Shown one piece after another: positions 21,070-30,568 of a stretch of 64,000 bases of DNA (its first letter is position 1; every line of letters begins with the position of its first letter). The notes below the pieces were generated by a model that was not told the origin of the DNA, did no database searches, and was given only the letters and a program-made list of their open reading frames with translations. Source of the DNA: an uncultured virus (IMG/VR IMGVR_UViG_3300039039_000012) (taxonomy: Duplodnaviria > Heunggongvirae > Uroviricota > Caudoviricetes > Crassvirales); the IMG/VR virus record IMGVR_UViG_3300039039_000012; one strand, 5' to 3'. Both the position numbers and the translations under genes were made by a program.

Positions 21070-21964
21070 TTCTAATATATTTAAATGTAGCACTAGGGTC
21101 ACGTTCAAGATAAACAAGAAGTTTACTTCTTAGTCCTAGTTTAAGTTTAAAAATATCATCTACTGTTTTACATTCAGAATTAAGTTGTTTAGCATCTTTA
21201 CCTCTAAGTTCTATATTAATATAATTAGCATATTTAAATTTAATAGCACTATAACTATGAGTTCCATTATTAATTAATTGTATTTCATAAAATTCTTTAT
21301 TAGTTTTATAAACTACATAAGGAATACCATCATATTTAATACCACGAATTTTATATATTTCTGCTTCTTCTTTATTATAAGGTTTAAGACCAGCATCAAT
21401 AATTTCTTGTTTCTTAATTCTAGTAGCATTCCAATCAACATAAGTATCTCTAGGTTTATCTCTATATCTCCAGAAATTAATAGTTAAATCACCAATTTCA
21501 TATTTAAAATGATAAGCATAACCTTCAAGAACACATTTATGAACACCATAATTATAGTATGTATGAATATACTTTCTATAATCAGAATAACTTAATTCAG
21601 AACGTCTTGTAGCAAGTTTAAGAGCAGTAATATAATCTTTCGCTTTTTTAGCTAAATCACAATAACGCAAAAGTTGGAGAAGAACAATTCGTCTTTCTCC
21701 AACTGTATAACTAAGAGCATTATTAACTACTCGTTCTAATTTATCAATAAGTTCTATATCATCAATAAGAAATTGAAATCCGTAATCATTAAGATTAATA
21801 TTTAAATCATCTTTAATAACTTGATTCTTACTTTTTATATAAGTTCTACAATCTTCTTTCATCTTATTTGTAAGTTCAAGTTCTTTATTATATTTTGCTA
21901 TATCGTCATTAGAAGCTTCAATAAACTTTTTATAATAATGACTAATATCTATATCTTTAATCAT
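21002..21964 (-). CDS. Conserved crAss basic protein, possibly IHF/HU-like (320 aa)
   Basis: VLEGYAYHFKYEIGDLTI...VDWNAT resembles the crAss IHF-like family; synteny. Confidence 0.45.
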   Translation of the reverse strand: MIKDIDISHYYKKFIEASNDDIAKYNKELELTNKMKEDCRTYIKSKNQVIKDDLNINLNDYGFQFLIDDIELIDKLERVVNNALSYTVGERRIVLLQLLRYCDLAKKAKDYITALKLATRRSELSYSDYRKYIHTYYNYGVHKCVLEGYAYHFKYEIGDLTINFWRYRDKPRDTYVDWNATRIKKQEIIDAGLKPYNKEEAEIYKIRGIKYDGIPYVVYKTNKEFYEIQLINNGTHSYSAIKFKYANYINIELRGKDAKQLNSECKTVDDIFKLKLGLRSKLLVYLERDPSATFKYIRNVEQQKYKRGAHNSKNRQRFQS

Positions 21965-21967
21965 ATT

Positions 21968-22672
21968 TTATCTAGTTACAAGATTATCAATAGGGGTTTC
22001 ATTTGTTTGACGAGGAACTTCGACAAGATTACGTTTAAATACAATTTCTTTAAGAGGACCAATCATATCTTCTGGAATAAGAAATTCATCTTCATCATAT
22101 TTAGCTTCATCATCAATAGGGTCATAATCTACATCTTTAGCTTTTTCTACAACTTCTGTAGGAACTAAATAAGGAATTTCAAAAGGAGATTCAATAATAA
22201 TCGCTCCTAGATTTTGAAACCAATCTTTATTATTAGAAAAGAAATAAATATAACCATTAATATAATCATAAACAGGAAGATTACACATACCTGCAAGATA
22301 ATGATAAAACTTAGCACTAGCTTCTTTAGCAAAAGGTATTTCTATTCCAGCACGTCCAGTCGTCCTAACTGATTGGAAAGGTAAGTTATCAGTAAGTCTA
22401 ACTGGCTTTGGAACTTCTTGTTTAGTACGTTTAATCGCAGGAAGCCCAAGACTTTGACTATTATATAAATCACCATCAGGAACATTAATAATAGAAAGAC
22501 GAACACGTTGTTGAAGACCTTTATCAATATATTTATGATTCTCATAACTTCTACGAATTAGTTCATTACGTCCATGAAGAATAGCATATCTAAGATTACG
22601 TCTAAGAGGAATACTATTAGGATTGCCAACAGCATGAGCAAATTCACTAACTAATTGATTAAGACTAGCCAT
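21968..22672 (-). CDS. Tail ring/neck protein (234 aa)
   Basis: MASLNQLVSE start and C-terminal EFLIPEDMI pattern typical of crAss ring proteins. Confidence 0.55.
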   Translation of the reverse strand: MASLNQLVSEFAHAVGNPNSIPLRRNLRYAILHGRNELIRRSYENHKYIDKGLQQRVRLSIINVPDGDLYNSQSLGLPAIKRTKQEVPKPVRLTDNLPFQSVRTTGRAGIEIPFAKEASAKFYHYLAGMCNLPVYDYINGYIYFFSNNKDWFQNLGAIIIESPFEIPYLVPTEVVEKAKDVDYDPIDDEAKYDEDEFLIPEDMIGPLKEIVFKRNLVEVPRQTNETPIDNLVTR

Positions 22673-22673
22673 A

Positions 22674-22955
22674 TTAAGATTGACTTGAATTTTCTAATGC
22701 TTGCACTCTAGTTTCAAGATTATCTACCTTATCAGAATAAGTTTGTAATTTAGTTTCAAGTTCTTCAACAGTTTCAACTAGTTCATTATGTTTTTGTTGA
22801 AGTTGAGTAACTTTTTGTTCTAATTCTGTATTATTAGTATAATCTACAATAGAATTTAATAAATTAATTAATTTATTTCTATCATAATTACTAATATCAG
22901 AATTTAAATCAAGTATTGTTTTGGTAATATCTTTTTTAATTTGTTCTTTAGTCAT
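22674..22955 (-). CDS. Small coiled-coil protein (93 aa)
   Basis: Heptad pattern ending RVQALE. Confidence 0.55.
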   Translation of the reverse strand: MTKEQIKKDITKTILDLNSDISNYDRNKLINLLNSIVDYTNNTELEQKVTQLQQKHNELVETVEELETKLQTYSDKVDNLETRVQALENSSQS

Positions 22956-22961
22956 AACATT

Positions 22962-23801
22962 TCATGTTTGAGATTTAACTTTTTCTTTTCTACATTTAGT
23001 ATAAATACGCCAGTCATATCTAGTAATTTTAAAATTAATAGGAAAATGATTAAGTTTATGTATAGAATAAAATAAAGTTTTATCCATACTATCAGCATAA
23101 TAGGCTTTACCATTTCTAATAAAATTAATTCTAAAATACTTAGAATAATTAATAACTTGAACTATTCTAACGTATTTACCATAATATTTAACAATATTAG
23201 TTCTTTTACCATTCCAATTAGAATATCTAACACCTGTAAGACTTTGAATCTTATGAAGAAGATTTTTAGTATCAGCATGTTTAAGCCAACCATAATAAGC
23301 ACACATTCTAACTTTAAATTCTCTTTTATCTATTTCTTTATTTAAATAGCTATTAACTAATTTAATAATTTTATGTTTAATAGATTTTCTAATAAGAGTA
23401 TGAGTATGGTAAAATACATAACCAACAAAATTAATTCCTCTACTATCAACAGGATATATTTGATAATTATCTTTAACTTTTAATCCAATAGTCTTAACAT
23501 ATAATTTTATATAAATAAGAACTTTATGAAGAAAATCTTTATCATTACTTAATATAACTATATCATCAGCATAACGATAATAGAATTTACATTTAAGTTC
23601 TTCTTTACATAAATGGTCAAGTTCACTAAGATATAAATTAGCAAAGTATTGAGATAAATAATTACCAATAGGAACTCCAACTCCTTTCTTTAAAGGAATA
23701 TTATTATCAGAAACATTATCAGTAGAATCAATAATTTCATCAAGAATGACTAGAAAATCTTTATCTTTAATCTTCTTTCTAATATTTATTAGTTTTAGGA
23801 A
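22962..23801 (-). pseudogene. DGR reverse transcriptase, 5'-truncated
   Basis: Open frame 23801->22962 (279 codons plus stop) contains GVPIGNYLSQYFANLYL (DGR-type motif), YYRYADD, GINFVGY and YYGWLKH. It is bounded upstream by an in-frame TAA at 23804-23802, has no ATG before 23306, and lacks the N-terminal RT domains. Confidence 0.9.
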
Positions 23802-23808
23802 TTATATA

Positions 23809-23913
23809 AAAGAAGCCGACATTAGCATTAGAATCTGACTGAACTCAATTAGAATTAAAGTTACTAGAGCTAGCTTTAGAACTGTTATTAGCGTTACTGC
23901 TAAGCAGAAGCAC
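23809..23913 (-). repeat. DGR template repeat (TR), 105 bp
   Basis: Ungapped match to 24075-24179 with 21 mismatches, all at TR adenines (minus strand); rich in AAC/AAT codons. Confidence 0.95.
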
Positions 23914-23967
23914 TGTATCTAAATGTCAATCATTTTAAGAAATATAACCTTTAATATTATTATAATA

Positions 23968-24050
23968 AACTGTTGTAGGAGTAGTATCGAGAAATGCAAA
24001 AACAGAAAACAAATTAACCAACTACTCCTAGCAACAGTTCCACGTGGACT
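23968..24050. promoter_or_regulatory. Inverted repeat downstream of VR (candidate DGR homing hairpin or TR-RNA structure)
   Basis: AACTGTTG-TAGGAGTAGT (23968-23985) pairs with ACTACTCCTAGCAACAGTT (24021-24039); adjacent TCCACGTGGA palindrome just past the target stop codon. Confidence 0.6.
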
Positions 24051-24053
24051 TAT

Positions 24054-25514
24054 TTAATCAAGCTTAACTGTGGTAAAGAAGCCGACACGAGCACTAGAAT
24101 CCGACCGAACCCAAGTAGAAACAAAGTAACCAGAGCCAGCCTGAGAACCGTTAGAAGCGCGACCGCCAAGCAGAAGCACACGAATAGCTTTATCTGTATC
24201 TTGTCCATTACTACCTTTTATCCAATTATAGTCAGCTTTTTTATTAGTTCCAACTTTATTAGGAACAAAATAAGGACCAAATCTAAAATCAAATTCAGTA
24301 ATAAAATTATTAGTATTAGCTTGGTCACCTATAAAATAACATTTATCTTGAATATTATCTTTTGTAATATCAGAATGATTAACTCCTTTTTTAAGAAGAT
24401 AAACACTATTATAATTTGCATTACGATTTATAATAGCTATATCTCTAACAAATGTCCATATATCACCAAAGAAATTTAGAATACCACGATAAACAGCAGG
24501 ATAAGTATTTAAATTACTTCCATCTGCATTATAATTTCCTAGTTCATAATGGTCACCATTTGTACTACCATTACCAATATTATGTTCAGCAGTCCAATAA
24601 GTTTGTACAATAGGATTATTACCATTAAAAGCTGTCCATCTATCCCAATTTAAATTAGTAACACCAGCACCAAGACCACCTTGTTTAAATCCATCACTAG
24701 TTAAATTAGTATTTAATGCAGCTTGATTATCAAAATTAGCATACTCAATATAACAAAGAGCTTGTAAAGCACAATATTCAAGATAATCAATCATTGTAAT
24801 CCAATCGCCACGATTAGCACAAAATTCATTAGCTTTATCATAACTAATTCCAGTTCTAGGTCTACCTTGTAATTTAGTAGCAACAACAGAAGAACTTTTA
24901 TTTCCACCTAAATATCTAGTATCATCATGTTTAATACAAGCACTAAATACTTCTTCTTTACCATCTTCTCTAGTTCTAGTCATAGTTTTAGTATGACTTA
25001 TAATAAAAGGATGAACTCTAGTAAATGTTCCATCAATATTAAAATCACTTATCCAAAGTTGATATTTAGTACCAGTATCTTTAACACATATATAAAATTC
25101 TGGAACTCTTACCCCAACATCGCCATCGCTTCCATCAAGAGGAGGAACAAGACCATTTTCAAGAGGTTTAGCCCAACCCGTAGGATTAAGGAAATAACTG
25201 ATTTTCTTTTCATTATAGACACAACCTTTAAGTCTATTTTGAATAGGAAGTTCTCTATGAAATTTAGCATTACCAATTCTAATTATATCATTGTCATCTT
25301 TAGTCCATTCAATACCATAAGCAGCATTTTCAAAAGTAGGAATAAATGCAGCAGAACCCCAAGCAGGATTGCCTTGTTCATTAATAATTAAACTATCTCC
25401 TTTAGATACTCCATCTAAATTAGGTAAATGTTTAAGTCCTTCTGCAAGTTCATTTAGTATATGCTTGTTGAATCTTAACAAGCCATTATACATTTCTACT
25501 AAGTTAAAATTCAT
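24054..25514 (-). CDS. DGR target protein, putative receptor-binding tail fibre with C-type-lectin-like C terminus (486 aa)
   Basis: C terminus VLLLGGRASNGSQAGSGYFVSTWVRSDSSARVGFF is the VR; YRGILNFFGDIWTFV motif typical of DGR targets. Confidence 0.85.
   Translation of the reverse strand: MNFNLVEMYNGLLRFNKHILNELAEGLKHLPNLDGVSKGDSLIINEQGNPAWGSAAFIPTFENAAYGIEWTKDDNDIIRIGNAKFHRELPIQNRLKGCVYNEKKISYFLNPTGWAKPLENGLVPPLDGSDGDVGVRVPEFYICVKDTGTKYQLWISDFNIDGTFTRVHPFIISHTKTMTRTREDGKEEVFSACIKHDDTRYLGGNKSSSVVATKLQGRPRTGISYDKANEFCANRGDWITMIDYLEYCALQALCYIEYANFDNQAALNTNLTSDGFKQGGLGAGVTNLNWDRWTAFNGNNPIVQTYWTAEHNIGNGSTNGDHYELGNYNADGSNLNTYPAVYRGILNFFGDIWTFVRDIAIINRNANYNSVYLLKKGVNHSDITKDNIQDKCYFIGDQANTNNFITEFDFRFGPYFVPNKVGTNKKADYNWIKGSNGQDTDKAIRVLLLGGRASNGSQAGSGYFVSTWVRSDSSARVGFFTTVKLD
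24075..24179 (-). repeat. DGR variable region (VR)
   Basis: Adenine-specific divergence from TR; lies at the 3' end of the target gene. Confidence 0.95.
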
Positions 25515-25515
25515 A

Positions 25516-26031
25516 TTAAGCTTGTTCTAGAGCATCAACTCGACCATTAAGAGAATTAATATTACTAGTATTTCGATTAACTTGAGTTACAAGTCCTTGA
25601 AGAGCAGTAATTATAGCATCGTTTTTAGTATCATTACTAGCTTTCATAGCATTAATCGCAGCAACTATATCTGTATTTGCTTTATTAATAGTAGAATTAA
25701 CAGTATCAAGTTTATTACCAATAGTAGTTTTCATACTATCAACAGCAGCTTTAATACTATCTAATTTAGCATCAACTTTATCAAAACGACTATTAAGAAG
25801 AGTTTGAGTTTCATCTGATTCACTTTTATGTTGATTTTCAAACTCATCAAATTCAGCTTTAACCATTTCATGTAATTCAGTAATCTTTTGACTAATCTCA
25901 TCAAGATTAACTATAACATTATTTTCTCCAAGCTCATCATGTTCTTTATTACCAGAAATACTAAGTTTAAGATTATTAATAAGTTTACTAATTGCATCTA
26001 ACTTATAATTAACTCTTTTATCATCTTCCAT
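25516..26031 (-). CDS. Coiled-coil protein (171 aa), possible fibre component
   Basis: Heptad repeats ending GRVDALE. Confidence 0.55.
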   Translation of the reverse strand: MEDDKRVNYKLDAISKLINNLKLSISGNKEHDELGENNVIVNLDEISQKITELHEMVKAEFDEFENQHKSESDETQTLLNSRFDKVDAKLDSIKAAVDSMKTTIGNKLDTVNSTINKANTDIVAAINAMKASNDTKNDAIITALQGLVTQVNRNTSNINSLNGRVDALEQA

Positions 26032-26053
26032 ATCTTTAAAATTTAGTTTGTTA

Positions 26054-26061
26054 CAAATATA
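26054..26061 (-). promoter_or_regulatory. Bacteroidota-type -7 promoter element TATATTTG
   Basis: Matches TAnnTTTG about 23 bp upstream of the ORF start at 26031; flanks resemble the site at 48884. Confidence 0.5.
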
Positions 26062-26112
26062 AATTATATTATTAATAATAAGCGATTTACCTATATTATT
26101 AACATTTTTTAA

Positions 26113-26454
26113 TTAAGCACTCTTAGAAGTATTAATACTTAGATATTTAGTCCAACTATAATGTTTACGATTATCTATATAATCAATGTTATCATCATTA
26201 TTATGTGCTTCTTCTTCAAAACTTATATCTTTATAAGCATCGTGTTGTTTAACATGAAAACATCTTATAATAAGATATTCTATTCCATACCATAAATAGA
26301 AGAATATGTATAACATCTCTTTCATTTGTTCTGTATGAATAGCTTCATGATTAAGTTCTTTTTTACTTAATTCTCCTTTAGTAAATACAATACCAAAAAT
26401 ATTAATAGCTTTATATCCACCAAAAGGAAAATGTTTAGTCTTAATAACTCTCAT
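26113..26454 (-). CDS. Small HExxH (zincin-like) protein
   Basis: LNHEAIHTEQ and ISFEEEAH motifs; likely start MRVIK. Confidence 0.6.
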   Translation of the reverse strand: MRVIKTKHFPFGGYKAINIFGIVFTKGELSKKELNHEAIHTEQMKEMLYIFFYLWYGIEYLIIRCFHVKQHDAYKDISFEEEAHNNDDNIDYIDNRKHYSWTKYLSINTSKSA

Positions 26455-26662
26455 AGCTTTATTATTTATAGATTTCACATTGTAAATATTTATGTACAGT
26501 CATAGAGGCTATTTCTAGCCTCATAGACAGACTTTTATCAAACCGTGTATAGTTAATCATCTAGGCTCACAAACAGCTAAATTCGATAAGCTATACTCCC
26601 CGTAGAGGATGTGATAGGCTAGAATCAGCTTTGTAATCTAGCTAATAACTACTCACATTATA

Positions 26663-26992
26663 TTAACCAATAGTATTATCTATATCTTTATATCCAACAC
26701 CAAACTTCTTTAGAATAGGACTAACAACCCAACTCCAAAACACAGGAGCAAGTATAGCACTATTAACAAGCATAATAGTATTATCATATCCAGATGCAAT
26801 ATAAATCATAGCCATAGTAAAAATACTTATAATTAATATACATCTTTTCTGCCAAGTAGGAACTTTATTATCACCATTAAAGTAATCAATAACTTTAATA
26901 ATAATATAAGTTAGAACATTAACAATAAACATAAATCCAAAATCAAAATTACTAAGGATTCCATCTACAATTACATCAATAAATTTGTCCAT
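26663..26992 (-). CDS. Holin-like membrane protein (109 aa)
   Basis: Three hydrophobic segments and a charged C terminus. Confidence 0.55.
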   Translation of the reverse strand: MDKFIDVIVDGILSNFDFGFMFIVNVLTYIIIKVIDYFNGDNKVPTWQKRCILIISIFTMAMIYIASGYDNTIMLVNSAILAPVFWSWVVSPILKKFGVGYKDIDNTIG

Positions 26993-27010
26993 ACTAAAAT
27001 TTAGATAAAT

Positions 27011-27044
27011 AAAAAAGGGAACTATCCGAAGATAATTCCCTTTT
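27011..27044. terminator. Intrinsic terminator, possibly bidirectional
   Basis: AAAAAAGGGAACTATC-CGAA-GATAATTCCCTTTT stem flanked by A and T tracts. Confidence 0.7.
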
Positions 27045-27062
27045 ACAGTTTTACAATAATGA

Positions 27063-27638
27063 TTAGTTATTCATGTGAAAATATTCCCACACTTTGTCAC
27101 CATCAAAATCTACATCTTTAAACCAAAATGTAATAGCACTTTCAAACACTTTATTATCTATATTACCACCAAACCATTCTTCAAATAGTTTAGCATAATC
27201 ATGATATTGAGCATTAATTGCAACATAAACATCACAAGGTTCAACATCATTAGGTAATACTTCTTTATAGCGTTCACAAATCTCATGAGCTTTATTCATA
27301 TCATATTTTTCACCAATATATTTCTTATTGTCTTTAACATGATACATTTGTTCTACAACTTCTTTAGCTTCATACTCATTAAAATGATAGCTATCGTCAT
27401 TATATCCACCGCCCATAAGCATAGTTAAAATCTTTTCTTCTCGGTCATTTTTATTAGTAGAGCGACCATAAGTATCGTAAGTATCATAACCAATACGATT
27501 TCTCATACCACCTCTACCACCACGACCACCTCGTCCTCCACGTGCATCAAGAAATTCACGAAATTCATCAAGAATATTTTGATTACCGCCACGACGATTA
27601 CCAATATGGTAAGGTTGAATGTAAGGCATTTCTCTCAT
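27063..27638 (-). CDS. Hypothetical protein with RGG box (191 aa)
   Basis: RGGRGGRGGRGG tract; C-terminal WFKDVDFDGDKVWEYF. Confidence 0.6.
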   Translation of the reverse strand: MREMPYIQPYHIGNRRGGNQNILDEFREFLDARGGRGGRGGRGGMRNRIGYDTYDTYGRSTNKNDREEKILTMLMGGGYNDDSYHFNEYEAKEVVEQMYHVKDNKKYIGEKYDMNKAHEICERYKEVLPNDVEPCDVYVAINAQYHDYAKLFEEWFGGNIDNKVFESAITFWFKDVDFDGDKVWEYFHMNN

Positions 27639-27642
27639 AATA

Positions 27643-28029
27643 TTACTTTGTTTTTAAACTGATTAATGATTCTTTTAAAACTTCTAAATCAGTTTGATTA
27701 AGAGCAACAATTTTATTCACATAAGGAACTTCAAGAGATATAATACCTTTAGAAATATTACCGCCACCAATAAAAGGTATATCAAAATTAAAATTATCAA
27801 TATTATTAATAACTTCCATTTCTTCATCAAATATACCTTCAATATCAATCATACCATCTTTATCTGCAATAGGCTTTAAGAATTTGTCAAAACTATCAAT
27901 ATTATTCATAATAGCTCTCTTAGCTAAAGGAGTTAAAAGTCTTATAGCAGGAGAACTCTCACCCATAGATATTAATTGTTTAACAATATAATCTTTAATA
28001 ACCTCTTTTACATTACCAATTTCAACCAT
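27643..28029 (-). CDS. Hypothetical protein (128 aa)
   Basis: ORF in the operon, 4-bp gaps to both neighbours. Confidence 0.55.
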   Translation of the reverse strand: MVEIGNVKEVIKDYIVKQLISMGESSPAIRLLTPLAKRAIMNNIDSFDKFLKPIADKDGMIDIEGIFDEEMEVINNIDNFNFDIPFIGGGNISKGIISLEVPYVNKIVALNQTDLEVLKESLISLKTK

Positions 28030-28033
28030 AATA

Positions 28034-28549
28034 TTACTTCTTTAAAAATTCTTCATAAGTTAAATTAGGATTAGTTTTACTAGCTTCTTTAAAAGCTTTA
28101 AACAATTCCATTTCTTTGTTAGTAACTTCAACAATTTTACTTTTAAGTAACTTAACAAGTTTAAGTTGTTCTTCAAGTAAATGTTTACCATCTTCACTAG
28201 CTTCGATTTTTCCTCTAACTAAATTAAGAACTTCTGCTTGAACCATACTTTGTAAAGCATTATAGTTATTTACATAGTCTTGATTATTAAGAAGCATATT
28301 TTGTTGTTCTTGTGTAAGTGGTGCAATTTCAGCATCAATAGCATCCCAAATTCCTTGAGTTGGAACTTGCTGATTTTGAGTTGTACCATTATTTGCATTA
28401 GGAATAGCATTACGACGATAAGCTTCATTAATTGCTTGTTTTTGACTTTGAAGAAAAGCAATTTGTTCATCAATGCTATTAGTCATTTTTTCACTAGGAT
28501 ATAGCAAAGGGTCACTACTACCTAGTATGAATTGATTAACAGGTATCAT
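28034..28549 (-). CDS. Hypothetical protein (171 aa)
   Basis: ORF in the operon, Q/N-rich. Confidence 0.55.
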   Translation of the reverse strand: MIPVNQFILGSSDPLLYPSEKMTNSIDEQIAFLQSQKQAINEAYRRNAIPNANNGTTQNQQVPTQGIWDAIDAEIAPLTQEQQNMLLNNQDYVNNYNALQSMVQAEVLNLVRGKIEASEDGKHLLEEQLKLVKLLKSKIVEVTNKEMELFKAFKEASKTNPNLTYEEFLKK

Positions 28550-28589
28550 ATCTCTTTCAATTTTATGTTCTTAATCAAACTTAGTAATA

Positions 28590-29360
28590 TTACTGAGCAG
28601 GAGTTCCACTAGCAGGTTGAGTAAAACCACATGGTAAGCATCCATAAGCATTACGTCCAACTAGACCTGTAACAGTAGGTTCATTCGGAAGAGTTACTAC
28701 ACCATAGATAACATTACAAGTTTTTCTATCAGTATAGTTGATACCAGCCGTAAACATCTTTTCCATTTCGCATTGGATAAGTTTATCTTGATAAGGACGA
28801 ATAGCTTTAGTAACAGCCAATTCAGCTTTCAAATCAGATAACTCTTTACGGATATCATCATCAGCATCACGAGTATATTTGTAAAGATTAAAATGGTCAG
28901 TGTTATTTTTCTCAATAAGAGCATCAGTACGATTACGCCCATCAATGTAAACACCAAACAATTCACTATTCAATCGTTCTCTATCTTCAAAACGTTGATT
29001 CTGTTGAGTCAAAGCCCATTGATAAAGACCACCTTGAAGAGCTAAAGTATCTTCACAAGATTTTTCCCATGCTTGAAAAGCAGTAGGAGCACCGCTTCCA
29101 CTACCAGCAGTAGCACCAAGTACGTTAATATTAGTAGAGCCATCACCTAACATTCCACCACCAGCGCCACCTAAAATACTAGCACCAGCAGAACGACGAT
29201 TACCAAACAAAGCCCAAGCACCAAGTGCAGTACCGATAATACCAAGAGTTAAACCTGCATTAGCCTTACCGTTTACATCACGACGATTACCACCGTCATA
29301 ATTCATTCCAGCACCATTATAACCCTCTGGAACAACTTTCACTTTTTCAATTACTTGCAT
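28590..29360 (-). CDS. Hypothetical protein with N-terminal TM helix and coiled coil (256 aa)
   Basis: AGLTLGIIGTALGAWALFG hydrophobic helix. Confidence 0.55.
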   Translation of the reverse strand: MQVIEKVKVVPEGYNGAGMNYDGGNRRDVNGKANAGLTLGIIGTALGAWALFGNRRSAGASILGGAGGGMLGDGSTNINVLGATAGSGSGAPTAFQAWEKSCEDTLALQGGLYQWALTQQNQRFEDRERLNSELFGVYIDGRNRTDALIEKNNTDHFNLYKYTRDADDDIRKELSDLKAELAVTKAIRPYQDKLIQCEMEKMFTAGINYTDRKTCNVIYGVVTLPNEPTVTGLVGRNAYGCLPCGFTQPASGTPAQ

Positions 29361-29464
29361 AATAAATTAAGGTTTAAGTTAAAAAAATAGATTAATACTT
29401 GTAGTTTGAACTACATAATCTATAACACTTAAACCGTTATCTTTGTTTGGTAATTAACATTAAT

Positions 29465-30568
29465 TTAACTTTCAATAGGACTATATATTGTCAATTCACC
29501 AATTTTATTAAGTTTAGTATATTTTATTTCACCTATTGAAGTCTTACCATCATCAGCTTTGCCACCTTGTGTACCAACATAACATTGAATAGTTTGTTGT
29601 CCTCTAAATTCAGAATTACCTGCAACAAAACCAAATCTAAATTTATAGTTATCAGTATAATTATCATTATAAACAGTATTATCTTCATTTAATAAAACTG
29701 TATGATATTCATAACTATAATTATCATCACTAGTTATATTAAGAGTTGGTTTATCAAGAGTTAAAGGAGTACCAGTTGTATTGACTTGATTATTCCAAAC
29801 TTTATATTTATCATTAGGCTTATTTTCATACCAGCAATAACCATCGCCATGAATAAATCCACCTCCACTACGAATTACTTTAATATTATCAAGACCAATA
29901 ACTTTATCATTAACTGAATTAACTCTAAAGTACTTTACTTCATTATTAGATTTAGCAACTCTTTTAACAACTTCACCATACCAACATTCTTTATAGCCAC
30001 CATGTCCATCAGGCATATTAATAGTTCCATCAGCCAAAGGAAAAATAAACGTTCCTCTATTATCAACATCAATTTCATTATTTTTTAATTGCCAAGCATG
30101 AACAATAACACCACCTTTATAAGCAGTACATTCAACAGTAACATGACCTCTACTCAAACTTCCAAACCAATTAGCACAAAGATTCATCTTCATTATATCA
30201 GGCATTTTATCTTCAAGGTCAATCATAGATTCAATATTAAACATAACACATTCAGCACCTGAGTTAGTATTATCACCACCCCAATATAGGTAAGGAATTT
30301 GACTTAAATTCCAAGACCAACCAACAGCCATATAATTTAAACTATTAATAGGAGAATTAACATAATATGATTTAGTATCCAAATCTTGACCATCATCACT
30401 ACCCCAAATATATCTAAGTTGGACACTAGTAAAATCACTAAAATGAATAACAGAAGTAGGCCAAATATGATTAGCACCATCATAAACATGAGCAATATTA
30501 ATTTGACCTACTGTTCGTTTCTTAAGAGATTGAGCAATTCCTCCTTGACGTCCAAGAGTTAAACTCAT
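29465..30568 (-). CDS. Putative tail fibre tip/accessory protein (367 aa)
   Basis: N-terminal IAHVYDGANHIWP motif similar to the start of the BACON-like protein; beta-rich. Confidence 0.5.
   Translation of the reverse strand: MSLTLGRQGGIAQSLKKRTVGQINIAHVYDGANHIWPTSVIHFSDFTSVQLRYIWGSDDGQDLDTKSYYVNSPINSLNYMAVGWSWNLSQIPYLYWGGDNTNSGAECVMFNIESMIDLEDKMPDIMKMNLCANWFGSLSRGHVTVECTAYKGGVIVHAWQLKNNEIDVDNRGTFIFPLADGTINMPDGHGGYKECWYGEVVKRVAKSNNEVKYFRVNSVNDKVIGLDNIKVIRSGGGFIHGDGYCWYENKPNDKYKVWNNQVNTTGTPLTLDKPTLNITSDDNYSYEYHTVLLNEDNTVYNDNYTDNYKFRFGFVAGNSEFRGQQTIQCYVGTQGGKADDGKTSIGEIKYTKLNKIGELTIYSPIES

Noticed and set aside
22962..23306. 114-aa ORF as an independent gene
   Set aside because: It is the in-frame C terminus of the truncated RT
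25173..25188. CCCGTAGGAT as another motif copy
   Set aside because: Needs a 2-bp gap plus mismatches; plausible by chance
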